Below are positions 1-13,411 of a DNA stretch of 64,000 nucleotides, one piece after another. How positions within the stretch are numbered: the stretch's first letter is position 1; each line of letters starts with the position of its first letter. Source of the DNA: Nemertoderma westbladi (lineage: Eukaryota; Animalia; Xenacoelomorpha); contig JAUCBJ010000090.1 in assembly GCA_032718475.1 (NCBI GenBank), positions 1 through 64,000 on the forward strand, read 5' to 3'. A model generated the notes under the pieces. It did not search any database and was not told where the DNA came from. It saw only the letters and a list, made by a program, of their open reading frames with translations. A program made the translations under genes and the position numbers.

Positions 1-280
1 TTATAGTGAAATAATTCATCAATAAGTTCTTTGGGAACGTGAAAATATACGTTGGATCGCACCAGAATACTAATAATTAGCTGCTGATACATCAACTATA
101 TATATATATATAAATATAATTTTAAATATCCAGTTATAACTGCTATTCATGATATATTTTACAGTATGTTTTTTATTTCATTACATAAAATATGAACCCA
201 TATGATTACATAGTATAACTTAACTAGATATTTGTAATATATTGCTTTTATTGACATTTCCACCCAAAATAACTCACCAA

Positions 281-886
281 TTTTTTAATCAACTCCCCCC
301 AAGCAAAACTCATTTTGAAGTATTTGAAATCTATCGTACGGGAAACAATTAAGAGGGATAATGTCTAACAAAAAGTGTAACAACACAGTTATCCCTGTTA
401 AATTTATTATTTTCCTATTGTTTAGCCCTCGGGTCAATTAATGTGTGAACCCTAGGTTTACACATAAATTTGTTTAGCCCTAGGGCATAAAATTATACAT
501 GCTCGCAGTTATAGCCCCCCAAAATTCCACGCCCCATTTTTAATCAACTCCCCCCAAACAAAACCCTTTTAGAAATGTTCGAAGTCTAGAATAGGGCAAA
601 CAATTAAAAAAGTGTAACAACACAGTTATTCCCTGTTAATTGTGTTTTTTTCCCTGTTGTTTAGCCCTAGGGCATAAAATTATACATACACACAGTTATT
701 TCTCCCCAAAATTCCAAGCCCCATTTTTAATCAACTCCCCCCAAACAAAACCCTTTTAGAAATGTTTAAAGTCTAGAATAGGGCAAACAATTAAAAAAAG
801 TGTAACAACACAGTTATTCCCTGTTAATTGTGTTGTTTTCCCTGTTGTTTAGCCCTCGGGCAGGGGGCTAAACAACAGGGAAAACA
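281..886. repeat. ~187-bp tandem repeat (about 3 copies, first diverged) ending in a 22-bp-arm hairpin; probable non-autonomous DNA element remnant
   Basis: TGTTTAGCCCT(A/C)GGGC recurs at ~471, 658 and 846; TAATCAACTCCCCCC recurs at ~286, 541 and 728; TGTTTTCCCTGTTGTTTAGCCC...GGGCTAAACAACAGGGAAAACA forms an inverted repeat at ~834-886. Confidence 0.7.
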
Positions 887-2679
887 AACATCTCGGGATT
901 AATATTACACCAAAGATCCATGCAGTTTTATTCCATGTACCCCAGTTCTGCGGTCCACGTCAATTAGGTCTCGGGTATTGGAGCGAACAGGCGTCAGGCC
1001 GTTCACTCTGACTTTGAATCTACCTGGGTGAAGTACAAGGTCGGGGAAGGGAATGCAAATTATGGGAAACAGATATTACGAGCAGTTTGTGAATATAACT
1101 CAAAACACATTTAGTTAGTTTTTATTTTTATTTGAATTTCCGAACTCATATTTGTTTACTGCATTATATAATAATATAATATTGAAATAATTAAATAATT
1201 ATATAATAATAATATTGAATTAATTGCCTGAATATTAGTTAGAATTTGAATATATTAATAATAAAAAAACGTACCAGAAATATATTTTTGACAGTTTTAT
1301 ATGATTTTATTGTGTTCAGCACCTTCGAAAATATATTATTACAAATATTGGAAACTTTGGGAATAATTGGCAATTTTGAAAATTTTGGTCCTATCGCGCA
1401 CACCAAAAAAAACACATTTGCTAAAAAAAAATGTGAAGATGTCCACAAAAAATTTGAAATTTTGCAAAAAAAAACAAATATTGGGTGTGGGCAATTTTTT
1501 TGAATAAAAAGTTGGTTCAGCTCCACTCGAGTGACATCAAAAAAAACAAATTTGGCTGTAAAAAAGATGTCCATAAAAGATTTTAATTTTTTTATTTTTC
1601 TGATCAGTACAGCTAAGAGATCTAAAAAAAAAAAACTTTGGGTGTGGGCAATTTTTTTAAATTAAATGTTTGTTCAAAGCCACTGTGAACGTCAATGATA
1701 CATCATTGTTCATAAAATACCACTTTATAATAATAGAACGAGGGCCGTAATAGCTTTAATGTGCTAATTATGAACAATGGCGAATTTAATTTTATTTATT
1801 TGTGGTGAATTATTAGTAGTTATGCACTCAATTATTAATTATAAAGTTATGGATCATGCCCATAAAAATCCATAAGGGGGTCGGTCTGGTCTATGCCCTG
1901 TAGCGGCAGATTGGAGAACTTAAAGACTGATTTAGCCACCTTTGAAAGACACAGCTAATTGTTTGTATGTATGTTTGTATGATGCAAGTTTCAAAAAATC
2001 TAAATTTTTGATCCTATTGAAGCCTACAGATTTTCACACATCATCTCCAAATCCGACAAAGTTATTAGCAAGTTAAAAAAAATCGTAACGACGACGGCGG
2101 CGGAAAAAACTATTTCCAAAAATTGTAATTTGCTCTGCCCTTTGTTATCTGCCTTGGCTTCTTTGTATTTTGCCCTGTTCTTTGTCCTGCCCTACTCTTT
2201 GTTTTCCAATCTGGCTAAACTTAAATAGAAATACTATCATCAGATATATCTTATTAATATATATTGTACCATATATTGGTTTCTTTACCACCCTGTAGCC
2301 TAAAAAGTGACTAAGTTATTCCTGTCAATAAAGGTGTATGGATCCAATAATTACCATCCAATCTTTAAAGGGACCCCAACAGTTCGTAGCAGGACACTGT
2401 TACCACTCAGACAGGACTCTGTAGGACATTGAGAGGCGGAAGGTAATCAACCAACGGCGGCTTACTGCGAAGCTGCTTGTATGAGTTGCGACCAGAAGCA
2501 GTTTACTAACGCAACTGAAAGATATGAGAACCACCCAGAAAAAATACGGCGCAAATTTGACCAGAAGACATCAAGGGCACCTATAAAACCAGTTTCAATG
2601 GCTTTCTCTAAAACCTAATGTAATAGTGTGAATTGATACCAATAAACACCACATTCAACAAGCGAAGGGGAAGCTGTTG

Positions 2680-3570
2680 AGTGTTGGTGACCTTTCAATG
2701 CGCCCGAACGGAACTATAGCTCAGCTGGACTACATCTTTATCAAGAGAAAGTGCAAGAACATCATGATTAACTGAAAGGCATACTGTTCGTTCAAACGGA
2801 TGCTGAACAAAGGGGATAAGCTAAATAACGTTGAACTAAAGGAAGGAGACTTCGATATATCAACATATATGTCGAAGATCGTCACCTTGTGATTCCTGCC
2901 AAAATATACAACAAAATGATTCTATATAGAATTAGACCAACGGGAGGATGGTGGAATGAATTGACCTTCTTGCAGTTCTGACCTGAGTGGACTTCAAGAA
3001 ATATTGTGAAACTGAGCTCTTTTTAATCCTGGCTGGTGTACTACAAGGCAAAACCTTGGCTCAATTACTTTTCATAATTGTTTTGGATTAATCAATGAAG
3101 ACAGCCACAACTGGTGAATTTGACATGGGTGAATGCAACAAAGTACAAGTAGCAAATCCTTCTCACACAATTACAGACAGGAGGTTGGATGCACAGAAAT
3201 GCTACCAAAACGGAATACGTGGTATTTAATGTTAATGGAACGCCTGACCACCATCTTTAAAAATCATATAAAGAATCTTGATGACTTCATGAACCTTTGG
3301 GCCAAGATAGAGAGCAGCAAAAAAGACAGAAGTAGGAAATAAAGACAGAAGTTCGTAGCTCTATCAAAAATGGATCCCATCTGTAAATCAGACTTCTCCC
3401 GTCACCTGAAGACCCGCAGTGAATAGTACGGGGGTTGGGTCCTGGACTGGTCACTTAAGAAATCACTTGAACAGCGAATTTGATAGTTGCTATACAAGAC
3501 TTACTAAGGGCAGCCCTAAACATCAGCTGGAAACAACACATGACAAACACGGAGCTTTATGATACGATAA
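2680..3570 (+). pseudogene. Highly degenerate, internally deleted RTE-type LINE remnant (family 1)
   Basis: Pieces translate to PNGTIAQLDYIFIK (endonuclease C-terminus), AKIYNKMILYRIRP and CYTRLLRAALNISWKQHMTN, matching the copy at 5683-7921. Confidence 0.75.
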
Positions 3571-4149
3571 ACCTAATAAAATGGTAATATCTTTATCGAG
3601 TCCCTGAAATGTAAGTTCAACTTACATTATATTATATGAACTCTTATATTTTTTCTCCAACAGTTTACTTTAGTTCACTTATTACTGTAAATTTATACGT
3701 CAATTTATTCCCACAGTTTGTATATCTATATCTATTTCTTATTTTTATTATTTCATTTTTATTTTTCTTATTTCCTCCAAAATAAACGATAAAATGTAAA
3801 ACACAATACCGAAAAAATATTGATTGATGTGTGGTAAGGGTGAGACTCCGGTATAGCATAGCTAGTGTAGCATTAGCTCGCACCCCCTGCATCTGCAGAG
3901 TTCTAGAATGTTAGACTACTGCGAATCGAATTTAATAATTATGGAATTTGAACATGAGTATTAGCACCTGGCATTTATAGAGAAGAGATCTAGTGGTAGG
4001 ATACGTAATTGTTGATAGAAGGACTGAGAATGATTGAATGTGATACAACGCAATATTTTATTAATTATTATTAAATTAAACGATCTGTGTTGGCTTTGTA
4101 AGTGCCGCCCCAGTTCCAAGGTATACCTTCCTTGGTAAATTATACCAAG

Positions 4150-4430
4150 GTTCCACCTTGGTGTAATGGTTGCATCGAATTCACATCTCCTGTAGGTCGT
4201 GGGTTCGATCCTCACATGGGCTAGGGCAGTTTTCGTTTCGGCACGAATGCTTTAAAGGGACCAGCCAGGGCGCATCTCTGCCTTGCATCCTTAAGTGGTA
4301 GCTAAATGAGTACTAGAGTTTCCTCTGGGGAGTAAAGTTCTGGGGGGACCGCACTGGAAATAAGTCGTCAGACTTTGTGCGTAATGTAATCCCTGGCCTA
4401 GTGGCCGAAGAAAATTTACTTTACTTTTTT
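4150..4430 (+). mobile_element. tRNA-derived SINE with a Deu/Nin-like central domain and (CTTTA)n-type tail
   Basis: A box TGGTGTAATGG (4159-4169), B box GGTTCGATCC (4202-4211), body motif TCTGCCTTGCATCCTTAAGTGGTAGCTAAATGAGTAC resembling the Deu/Nin core from memory, tail TTTACTTTACTTTT at ~4415-4430. Confidence 0.65.
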
Positions 4431-5682
4431 TGCCCCAAACAATCAAGCCATAGAAAATATAAGGATAAATTATTGTATTAAACAGCATGAAAAGTAAATC
4501 TCTAGAAAGTATGTCGATGTTTATATAACAGTCCATCTGTTATGGAATTTTTGAAGTTTGTATTTATTTTAATGTGCTCGTTAAATGTGAGTTTATCATC
4601 TATAATTTTACAGCAAACGTATATTTGATGGGTTTGTTGTTAATATTAACTGTTGTGCTTTGTAAGGTATGATTGATGTAATTTAATGATTTATGAAGTT
4701 CAATAAATAATATTTATACGAAATTCGCACTAACCATTTCAAATTTGTTTGTTTCAATATATTTGCACCCACAACTAATAACCACTACCGTGATTAAAAC
4801 AAAACAGGTGACATGAATAGATGAAAAATAATTAGCCATTTCACGGTTGTCTCTCTATGTATAATATAATATAATCTGATTTTTTATTTCAAACAAAAAT
4901 GTTCAGAAAACGTTATGTAACTACAAACTTAAACTTTTCTAACAGATAAAAATTTCGCATAAAAGGAAACGAAACTGGACTAATTTCTCGGTAATTATCA
5001 TTCGCTTTTTATCTCACCTGTCCGGTTCTTTGTGAATGCAGATTTATGTATCGCCAGTTAGACACAATTAAATCCACACAGGTCCGCGCCGCGGGAAACT
5101 AAAAAACACTTAGCGCTCACATTACAATGTGCAATTATTTTGAAGGATCAGCATTAAACATTTGCGTTGCAACGTCAATGAAGTCCAGATGATAAGGGAA
5201 AGTTTGACAGTTCGGTGATGAATTAAGGAAAACTGCTGACATTAAGCTGCCCTAAACTGCTGCCCTCGTCTCATTATACACATACATGTACCACAACAAT
5301 GTAAAATAATTAATTGCATAATCTTAGAACAGAAATGGCGATAATGGTGAAGCAAAAAGGGTAATGGATTACTATTATACCTTAAAATAAGTGCAGATTG
5401 GCAATTTACAGACGTACAAAATTATCACACAAGTTTGGACAAATTTAAATTTGTTGATAAATTCCCTACAAATTACGCATTTATTTATTCGGTCAACAGA
5501 ATATGGTATAAACCACATCGAACAATAAAAAAAAAATAAAAAAATAAAAAATATCTGTACTTTTGTAATAGAGGTCCCATGTAACGTATTGTAAAAGGTC
5601 ACCGTTATGTTTTACATAATTATTATCTTTTAGCCATATCGTAAACCAGATGACATTTTAATTACAGGTCAAGATATTCTAA

Positions 5683-7921
5683 TACTACTACTAGGTCGAG
5701 CGTACTCGGACAGTGGAAATGAGATCCTTCCAGGGTTCCCGATTCTCCATAGTTGTCGCAATTTCGTTTCTCCAAGTTCGGTATCCCTTTCAAGTTGATC
5801 TATATATGTTATGGCCGGTCGTCCATGACTACGCTTTCCATAAGTTGGTTGCCAGAAAAGTAGATCTGGTATGACCTCGTCTTTACTTCGCCAGCAGTGC
5901 CCACTGAATCTTAATCTGCGTTCACGGAGGGTGGTTGATACAGGTGGTATTGTACCATAAAGCTCGGCGTTTGTCATGTGTTGTCTGCAGGTGATGTTTA
6001 GGGCTGCCCTTAGTAGTCTTGTGTAGCAACCATCAATTCGTTGTTCAAGTGATTTAGTCAGTATCCAAGTCTCACCCCCGTATAAAAATACACTTTCCAC
6101 TGTGGCTCGAAAGAAGTTAGTCTTCAGGTATTTGGAGAGATCTGATTTCCAGATGGTATCAATTTTTGTTAGAGTTAACCAAGCCTTTGCTTTCCTAACT
6201 TCTATGTCCTTTTTGCTACTCTCTACCCAAGATCCTAGGTACTGGAAGTCAATGACCTTCCTTAGTTGATTATTTTCAATGGTTGTCAAGTTTCCATCAA
6301 CATTAAAAGTCATGAATTTGATATTGGTAGCATTTATATGCAATCCAACCTCCTTAGCAGCTCTGTCCACTTTATTTAGTAGAAGCTGTGCATCCGCTAG
6401 CATATTAGAGAGCAGGGCGATGTCATCCGCAAAGTCGGTGTCTATGACTGTAGTTGCCGGATATCTACTACTTCTGTGCTCTTGAAGTGTGAATCCCAGA
6501 TTTTCACCCGTTGTGGCCATCCTCAATGCGTAATCCAGCACAATTACAAATAGTAGTGGTGCTAATGTGTCACCTTGCAGTACGCCATCCAGGTTTTGAG
6601 AAAAACTCAGTTTCACCATCTGGTGAGAGTACCTGTGCTTCTGTGTCACAATATAACAATCCAATGGCAGCAACAATTACTTCTGGTATTCCATAAGCTC
6701 TTAGGATATCAAGTATTTTACCTCTTTGGATAGAGGCGAATGCCTTCTTGAAGTCCACAAAAGTCATGCGGGGAGATTATTTGACTTAATACCTTCAATC
6801 AGTCTCCGTAGTGCAAGTGTCTGAGCTATTGCTGATCTATTTGGTCGAAATCCGTTTTTGCTCTTACGCAGTAGTTTCTCTATGTGAGGCCTAATCCTAT
6901 ATAGAATCATTTCATTGTATATTTTGGCAGCTACCACAAGCAGACAGATCCCACGATAGTTTGTTGGTATACCGAGGTCTCCTTTCTTTGGGAAAGGCTT
7001 TAGTTGACCTTTACTCAAGATTGGTGGTGGCTTTTCCCCTTTTAACATCCGGTTGCAAACATTCAATAATGGTCTATTTAGCACGGTGTTAGCACATTAG
7101 CAGGTGTGAAGTCCCCTGTTTCTATAGGTAGTGTCTTGTCATATATTTTCCTTGTAGGGCTGACCTCGATATGTTTGCTGGCTGCCCAAGCAAGTTGATG
7201 AAGTGATTTTTCCACTTCCCAACACGTTCTTCAGGACTATCGGCTTTGAAGCGCCACTTTGCACAACTTTTCCGACCAGATACCTCATTTACAGTTTGCC
7301 AGGTACGTCTTGATTGTTGCTGTATGTGAGCAGTTGTAATTGCTTCAATTTTATCCTGTATGTTTTTTTCCTAGCTGGTGTTGTAGGCCAATTTCAGATC
7401 TTCCTTAGCTTTCTCAACCTTGTTAATGTTTTCGGCAGTTGGTTGTTCGGTTTTTACTTTAGGCTGTCTTAAGATCTTCTCTCTTACAAGTAACCTCCGC
7501 GTTTTGCCATGGCACATACTGTTTCCGTTTGGGTTTTCTATGGATATATGCCTCTTAGCTGATTCCTTGTGGGCTTTTATTATATTCTGGTATAGTGGTA
7601 TATTGAATCGCTTGCCTGGACTTCAACCATTGACTGAAGTTCTTCAAAGCGGTTTTGAACTTCTACTGTGCATCCTTTACTGTATTGTCAGTTCTGAGTT
7701 TCTCCCAGTCATAACTGATTTGCTTGCTTCTCCTGGGTTTGCTGGCTCTCAAATTGAGTCTGATCTCTGCAGTCACAATTCTGTGGTCCGAACCAATTAG
7801 GTTGAACGAGCTGTATGCCTCGAAGTTAATCATGCTGTTTCTCCACTTTTTGTTTATAAGGATGTAATCCAGTTGTGCTTTGATTCCATTAGGGTATTGA
7901 AAGGTCCATAGCTTCCCCTTA
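5683..7921 (-). mobile_element. 5'-truncated RTE-type LINE (family 1): endonuclease C-terminus + reverse transcriptase, frameshifted
   Basis: Motifs LWTFQYPNGIKAQLDYILI, PKKGDLGIPTNYRGI, FVDFKKAF, GVLQGDTLAP, DTDFADDIALL and FQYLGSW spread over several frames; (TAG)n tail at 5683-5693. Confidence 0.9.
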
Positions 7922-8699
7922 CACGCTCCAGATGATGTGGCACCATGCTGACCTTTTCTGGATGTTGTATATTCATTTTGTTTTACAGTTTTTTGACCCC
8001 AACTCATTTGAAATTCTGTATTGAATTTCTTACTATTAACAGCAGCTTCATTGTCTCTACATAGGGATATATGATGGCGCGTTTACTACAATTGTAACAT
8101 CGTCTTTTTGAAATACATTCTGCTGATGTATGGCTCTTTTTTAGACATAAAAAACAACGGTTTTTTTGCGCAAAAATTCCACACGATTGTCAACCTTTTT
8201 CACAACACTGCATTGATCTGCATAATGTGGTTTCCGGCAATATGTACAAGCAAATACATTTTTTGAATTATCAATCGAATATGAATTATCTTGTGATAAG
8301 GCTGGCATTGAAGACATTCATGAAACTGGTTCAGATATTTTAGGTATGTTTTCATAGTTTTTATTATTTTAGGATTTATATGATGTTACTGTTTCACTAA
8401 ATGCCGCAAACCGTTCACGCATTATGATTTCTTTATATTTTATATGACCCCCCCCCCCCCCCCCCGTGGTTTTTTTATTATAATTCTGAAACAAACGCAG
8501 TTATCCTAAATATCTATTGTCTTCCTTGTAGTGAAAACCGTTTTCAAAAATATTGGGTAGTTATAGCTCCATATTTTAACTCTACTTTTGGCACTTTTAT
8601 GAAAATTACATTTCATTAAATATTAATTGTAACATCTCTATCTTTTATTTACACCGGTTTTTTGTTGTTAGCAATTGGATGGAATTCATATAAATTGAT

Positions 8700-10384
8700 T
8701 TAGAAATTTCAAACTTGTTTTTTTCGGCGGGTGCCAAATTTTGGTGTCAGCACCAAATTTTGAAATATGTCAATTTTGTAAATTGATTTATTGAAACTTG
8801 TGTTTTACGCAATTGGGGTTTTTTGGGGTTCTGGTTTCGATGAAATATATACGAGTTGCACCAAGCGTATCAACTTGTATTTTTCGGTGCTGTGTGCAAA
8901 TTTTGGTGCTACCACGAAATTTTGAAAATCCATTCAATAGATAAAATTGTTTGTGACAATTTATTTGTTGCATTTTAGAGGTTTATGGCTGTTCTGAATT
9001 CAATGGAATATATAATTATCGAACTAGACATCTCAAACTTGTATTTTTCGGAAGTGGGTGCAAAATCAAATTTTGAAAACCATCAAATATATCAATTGAT
9101 TGTGTCATCTTGTTTCTTGCGTTATACGGGTTTGTTAGGGTTCTGAATTCAATGGAAGCAGTAAAAATTTCATATGAGTTTTCAAACTTGTATTTTTCGC
9201 TGGTGGGTGAAAATTGTTGTGCCAGCACCAAATTTTGGAAAATGAGTAAATTGATCAGTAGATAGTATCATCTTGTTTCTTGCGTTATACGGGTTTATGA
9301 GGGTCCTGAATCCGATGGAATCAATAAAAACAGCACTGGACATCGCAAACTTGTACTTTTTGGTGATGGGTACGAAATTTGGTGCTAGCACCAAAATTTG
9401 CCAAATTACGCCGAAAAATATAAGTAGCAATTATCTGGCATATTTGAAATGTATTCCATTAAAATCAGCGCCCAAGAAAACCTGAAAATGGAAATTTATA
9501 GCATCGTATAAGTGAATTAAAAATTTTGTGTTCTGACTGAAAAGTGCTGGTTACTTGTTTTTTTTATTTTTTTCCTACGTATAGAGGACTAAACAGCCAT
9601 TTATGGTAATCATATCATTTTTAAATATTTTCCAATGTATTTTGTGCCCCAGAAAACCTGTATTGAAAAACAATTAGCCGAAAAATGTAACTTTCAAATT
9701 TTGTGAAAATTGTGCACTACTTGTAATTTTGGTGCTGCAATATTACCACCCCAATACATTTTTTCGAAATTTTTTTTTTCGGTCGGATCCAGACTAGTGA
9801 TACCTACGTACAAACAAAAAATCAGGCAAATTTTGGTGCTAGCACGAAATTTTGAAAATCCATTCAATAGATAAAATTGCTTGTGACAATTTATTTGTTG
9901 CATTTTAGAGGTTTATGGCGGTTCTGAATTCAATGGAATATATAATTATCTAACTAGACATTTCAAACTTGTATTGTTCGGAAATGGGTGCAAAACTTGG
10001 TTCTAGCACCAAATTTTGAAAACCATCAAATATATCAATTGATTGAGTCACCTTGTTTGTTGCATTCAAATTCAAATTCAACATCCGGTTTTAGGCCCCT
10101 GCGGCTTTATTTGACAAATTTGATAAAATATATATGGCAAACTATACTACATACTGCCGAGAAACATAACATTATACGGGTTTGTGAGGGTTCTGAATTC
10201 GAGGGAATTATGTACAAATTGCATAAGAGTTTTCAAAATTGTATATTTCGCCGGTGGGTGAAAATTGTTGTGCCAGCACCAAATTTTTTAATATTAGCGA
10301 AATGAGCAATAGATAGTGTGATCTTGTTTCTTGCCTTATATGGGTATATGAGGGTCCTGCATCCGATAGAATCAATAAAAACAG
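8700..10384. repeat. Degenerate ~160-bp tandem repeat cluster, probably the internal repeats of a non-autonomous DNA/Helitron-like element
   Basis: Recurring CAAACTTGTATTTTTCG...TTTGGTGCTAGCACCAAATTTTG units; a near-identical block at ~8897-9110 and ~9827-10050 gives the duplicate ORFs MQQINCHKQF. Confidence 0.7.
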
Positions 10385-11373
10385 CTACTACTACTAGGAT
10401 CGGCATGCTGCATTGCAGCTGCATTTTTAAGAATGCTGTGCCGGCTTGTCGACAAAATTGCGCCGCCACAACTCCCTATCACCCATGACATTTGCTAGAT
10501 CATCCGCATCTCCACGGCCAGTGTCCTTTAACATGCGTCTCAAGGAAGTCATGGGCTGTCCAGTCCACCATGCATATTCACTCCACGAGGCTGCCAAAGC
10601 ACAAGATTATGCAATGGCTGGTCGTCATGGCGAAAGCAATGTCCTGTAAAGCGGAGGCGGCTTTGTTAAAGTGTCAAGCTTGGGGGAACCAATGAGACAC
10701 CTCCAATGTTATATAGTGTCTGGTTGGAGATGTGTGCAATGTACTTGACACAGTGAACCCGGCGTAGCATTCTTGTGAATGTGCCATCCAGCGATTTGGT
10801 GTCCTCAGCAGTTAGAGTCCAGCATGGACTCCCATAGAGGAGTACTGGTACTACTGCTGCTCTAAATAATCGGACCTTAAGTTACCGATTAATTCGATGT
10901 GATTTCCAAATCCTGGAAAGCCTATTCAAGGCTGCCCATGCCTTTCCCTTAGGTATTCGAAGGTCCTCATCGGACTTCCGGATCCATGATCCCAGGTAAC
11001 AGAAGTCGTCCACATGCTCAAGCATACCATCCTTTGAGATTATGCTCATCCGGTCAGAGACTTGCTGAGGGCTTTCAAAGTTAACTGTCAAAATTTTGGT
11101 TTTTTTGGAGTTAATAAAAAGACCAACACTAGAAGCAGCCTGTTCTAATAAGCTGAGGAGCCGTTGGGCTCCCTCTAGTGATTCTGAGAGTACTCCTAAG
11201 TCATCAGCAAAGTCTAGATTAGTTAGGTACTTGGCAGGATTTCCTCGAGTTCTGGAGCCAGTAGGTGGAGTTACCATCACCCCATCATCATTATGATGAT
11301 CTAAGGACATGCGTAGAACATAGTCAACCACAATTATGAACAAGAATGGTGCAAGTGTGTCTCCTTGGAGGAC
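10385..11373 (-). mobile_element. 5'-truncated RTE-type LINE (family 2), 3' ~1 kb
   Basis: VLQGDTLAPFLFIIVVDY, LDFADDLGVL, DFCYLGSW; (TAG)n tail at 10385-10397; reverse complement of 11950-12892. Confidence 0.9.
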
Positions 11374-12892
11374 CTCCATCGTGCCTATGCCCAATCGTGC
11401 CAGTGGAGTAGATGGTGTTCCCCCTGAGGTCTTTAAAATACCTGAAAGTTTAAAGTTCATCTATCCCATCATAGTAGACATATACAGAACAACAAGAATC
11501 CCACAAGAAATGAAAACAAATAAGTTATTGCCAGTTCCCAAGAAGGTACCTACTAACGCGCTACGGTGCTTTTCAGGGAATCTCATTGATCTCGATTGCT
11601 GCAAAGCTATACAATAGAATTCTATTAAATCGCATCAGGGATCCCATTGAGAGACTGCTCCGTGGAAATCAGAATGGTTCCGTAAAGGTCGTGGACCATG
11701 GAGCCCATTTTGGCACTTAGAAGGATAATTGAAGAGTTATCAAAAAAGAAAGACAGGCATCTGGCTGTTATCTTTGTTGACTTCTTCAAGGCCTTTGATT
11801 CAGTCTCTCGCTCACGTATGTTCAGCATACTTTCATTATATGGGATTCCTGATGAAATTATTGCAGCAATCAGATCAGTATACGATGGTTCGACAACATT
11901 TGTGTCTACTGTTGATGGTAAGACAGAACCATTTGAAGTATTATGGGGAGTCCTCCAAGGAGACACACTTGCGCCATTCTTGTTCATAATTGTGGTTGAC
12001 TATGTTCTACGCATGTCCTTAGATCACATGAGAGGTGATGGTAACTCCACCTACTGGCTCCAGAAGTCGAGGAAATCCTGCCAAGTACCTAACTGATCTA
12101 GACTTTGCTGATGACTTAGGAGTACTCTCAGAATCACTAGAGGGAGCCCAACGGCTCCTCAGCTCATTAGAACAGGCTGCTTCTAGTGTTGGTCTTTTTA
12201 TTAACTCCAAAAAGACCACAATTTTGACAGTTAACTTTGAAAGTCCTCAGCAAGTCTCTGACCGGATGAGCATAAGCTCAAAGGATGGTATGCTTGAGCA
12301 TGTGGACGACTTCTGTTACCTGGGATCATGGATCCGGAAGTCAGGTGAGGACCTTCGAATACGTAAGGGAAAGGCATGGGCAGCCTTGAATAGGCTTTCC
12401 AGGATTTGGAAGTCACCGAGAATTAATCGGAAACTTAAGGTCCGATTATTTAGAGCAGCAGTAGTTCCAGTACTCCTCTATGGGAGTCCATGCTGGGCTC
12501 TAACTGCTGAGGACACCAAATCTCTGGATGGCACATTCACAAGAATGCTACGCCGGGTTCACTGTGTCAAGTACAATGCACACATCTCCAACCAGACACT
12601 ATATAACATTGGAGGTGTCTCATTGGTTCCCCCAAGCTTGACACTAGAACAAAGCCGCCTCCGCTTTGCAGGACATTGCTTTCGCCAGGATCAGTCAGTG
12701 CATAATCTCGGGCTTTGGCTGGCGGACAGCCCATGACTTTCTTGAGACGTATCTTAAAGGACACTGACCTTGAAGATGCGGATGATTTCACGGGTGATAG
12801 GGAGTTGTGGCGGCGCAATTGTGTCGACAACCCGGCACAACATTCTTATAAATGCAGCTGCAATGCAGCATGCCGATCCTAGTAGTAGTAGT
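11374..12892 (+). mobile_element. 5'-truncated RTE-type LINE (family 2), RT domain to 3' end, frameshifted
   Basis: RASGVDGVPPEVFK, FVDFFKAFDSV, GVLQGDTLAP, DLDFADD, RLRFAGHC; (TAG)n tail at 12880-12892. Confidence 0.9.
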
Positions 12893-13167
12893 GCTAGTTG
12901 CAATGTATATTTGTATACTATAATTATTAAAGTTAATTTCGCGCAATATAAAACGTAATTCGTCAATTTTACACCTGGGGTTCAAAAATAAAGGATGAGA
13001 AAAGACAGAAAAGCGTGTTGAAGAGATGAAAAAAATCAATGAATCAAAACAGACAATAACCATTGTATGAAAAAAGAAAAGAAGGGAAAATTTTAGACCG
13101 AGCTGAAAGGATTATAATATATTTGAAACGAAAGACATTTTAGTTCAGCTAAGAATGTATTTCTTTC

Positions 13168-13411
13168 AGCTCAGATTCTAGCGCTACGGAGACTTGTTGA
13201 ATTAATTAAGTCAATTGCTGCAAAAATGTGGTAAAAAACAAGAAATCCTAAGAGCTTATGAAATACCATAACTATTGGTCGTGGCATTGGATTGTTATAT
13301 TGTGACACAGAAGCTCATTGTACTTTCACCGGATGGTAAAACTGAGAATAGGGAAGCCTGGAAGGATCTCGTTTCCATTGTCCAAGTTCGGTCGATCTAG
13401 TAGTAGTAGTA
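13168..13411 (+). pseudogene. Short internally deleted RTE family-1 remnant with intact 3' tail
   Basis: AQILALRRL and GLLYCDTEA pieces joined to GGAAGGATCTCGTTTCC...TAGTAGTAGTAG, matching the 3' end at ~5683-5740. Confidence 0.75.

Noticed and set aside
4150-4225. Functional tRNA gene
   Set aside because: A and B boxes are present but no convincing cloverleaf or acceptor stem; it continues into a SINE body and tail
10385-12892. Classical twin-priming inversion of one LINE
   Set aside because: Both halves carry the 3' end and tail and duplicate ~1 kb, which twin priming does not produce
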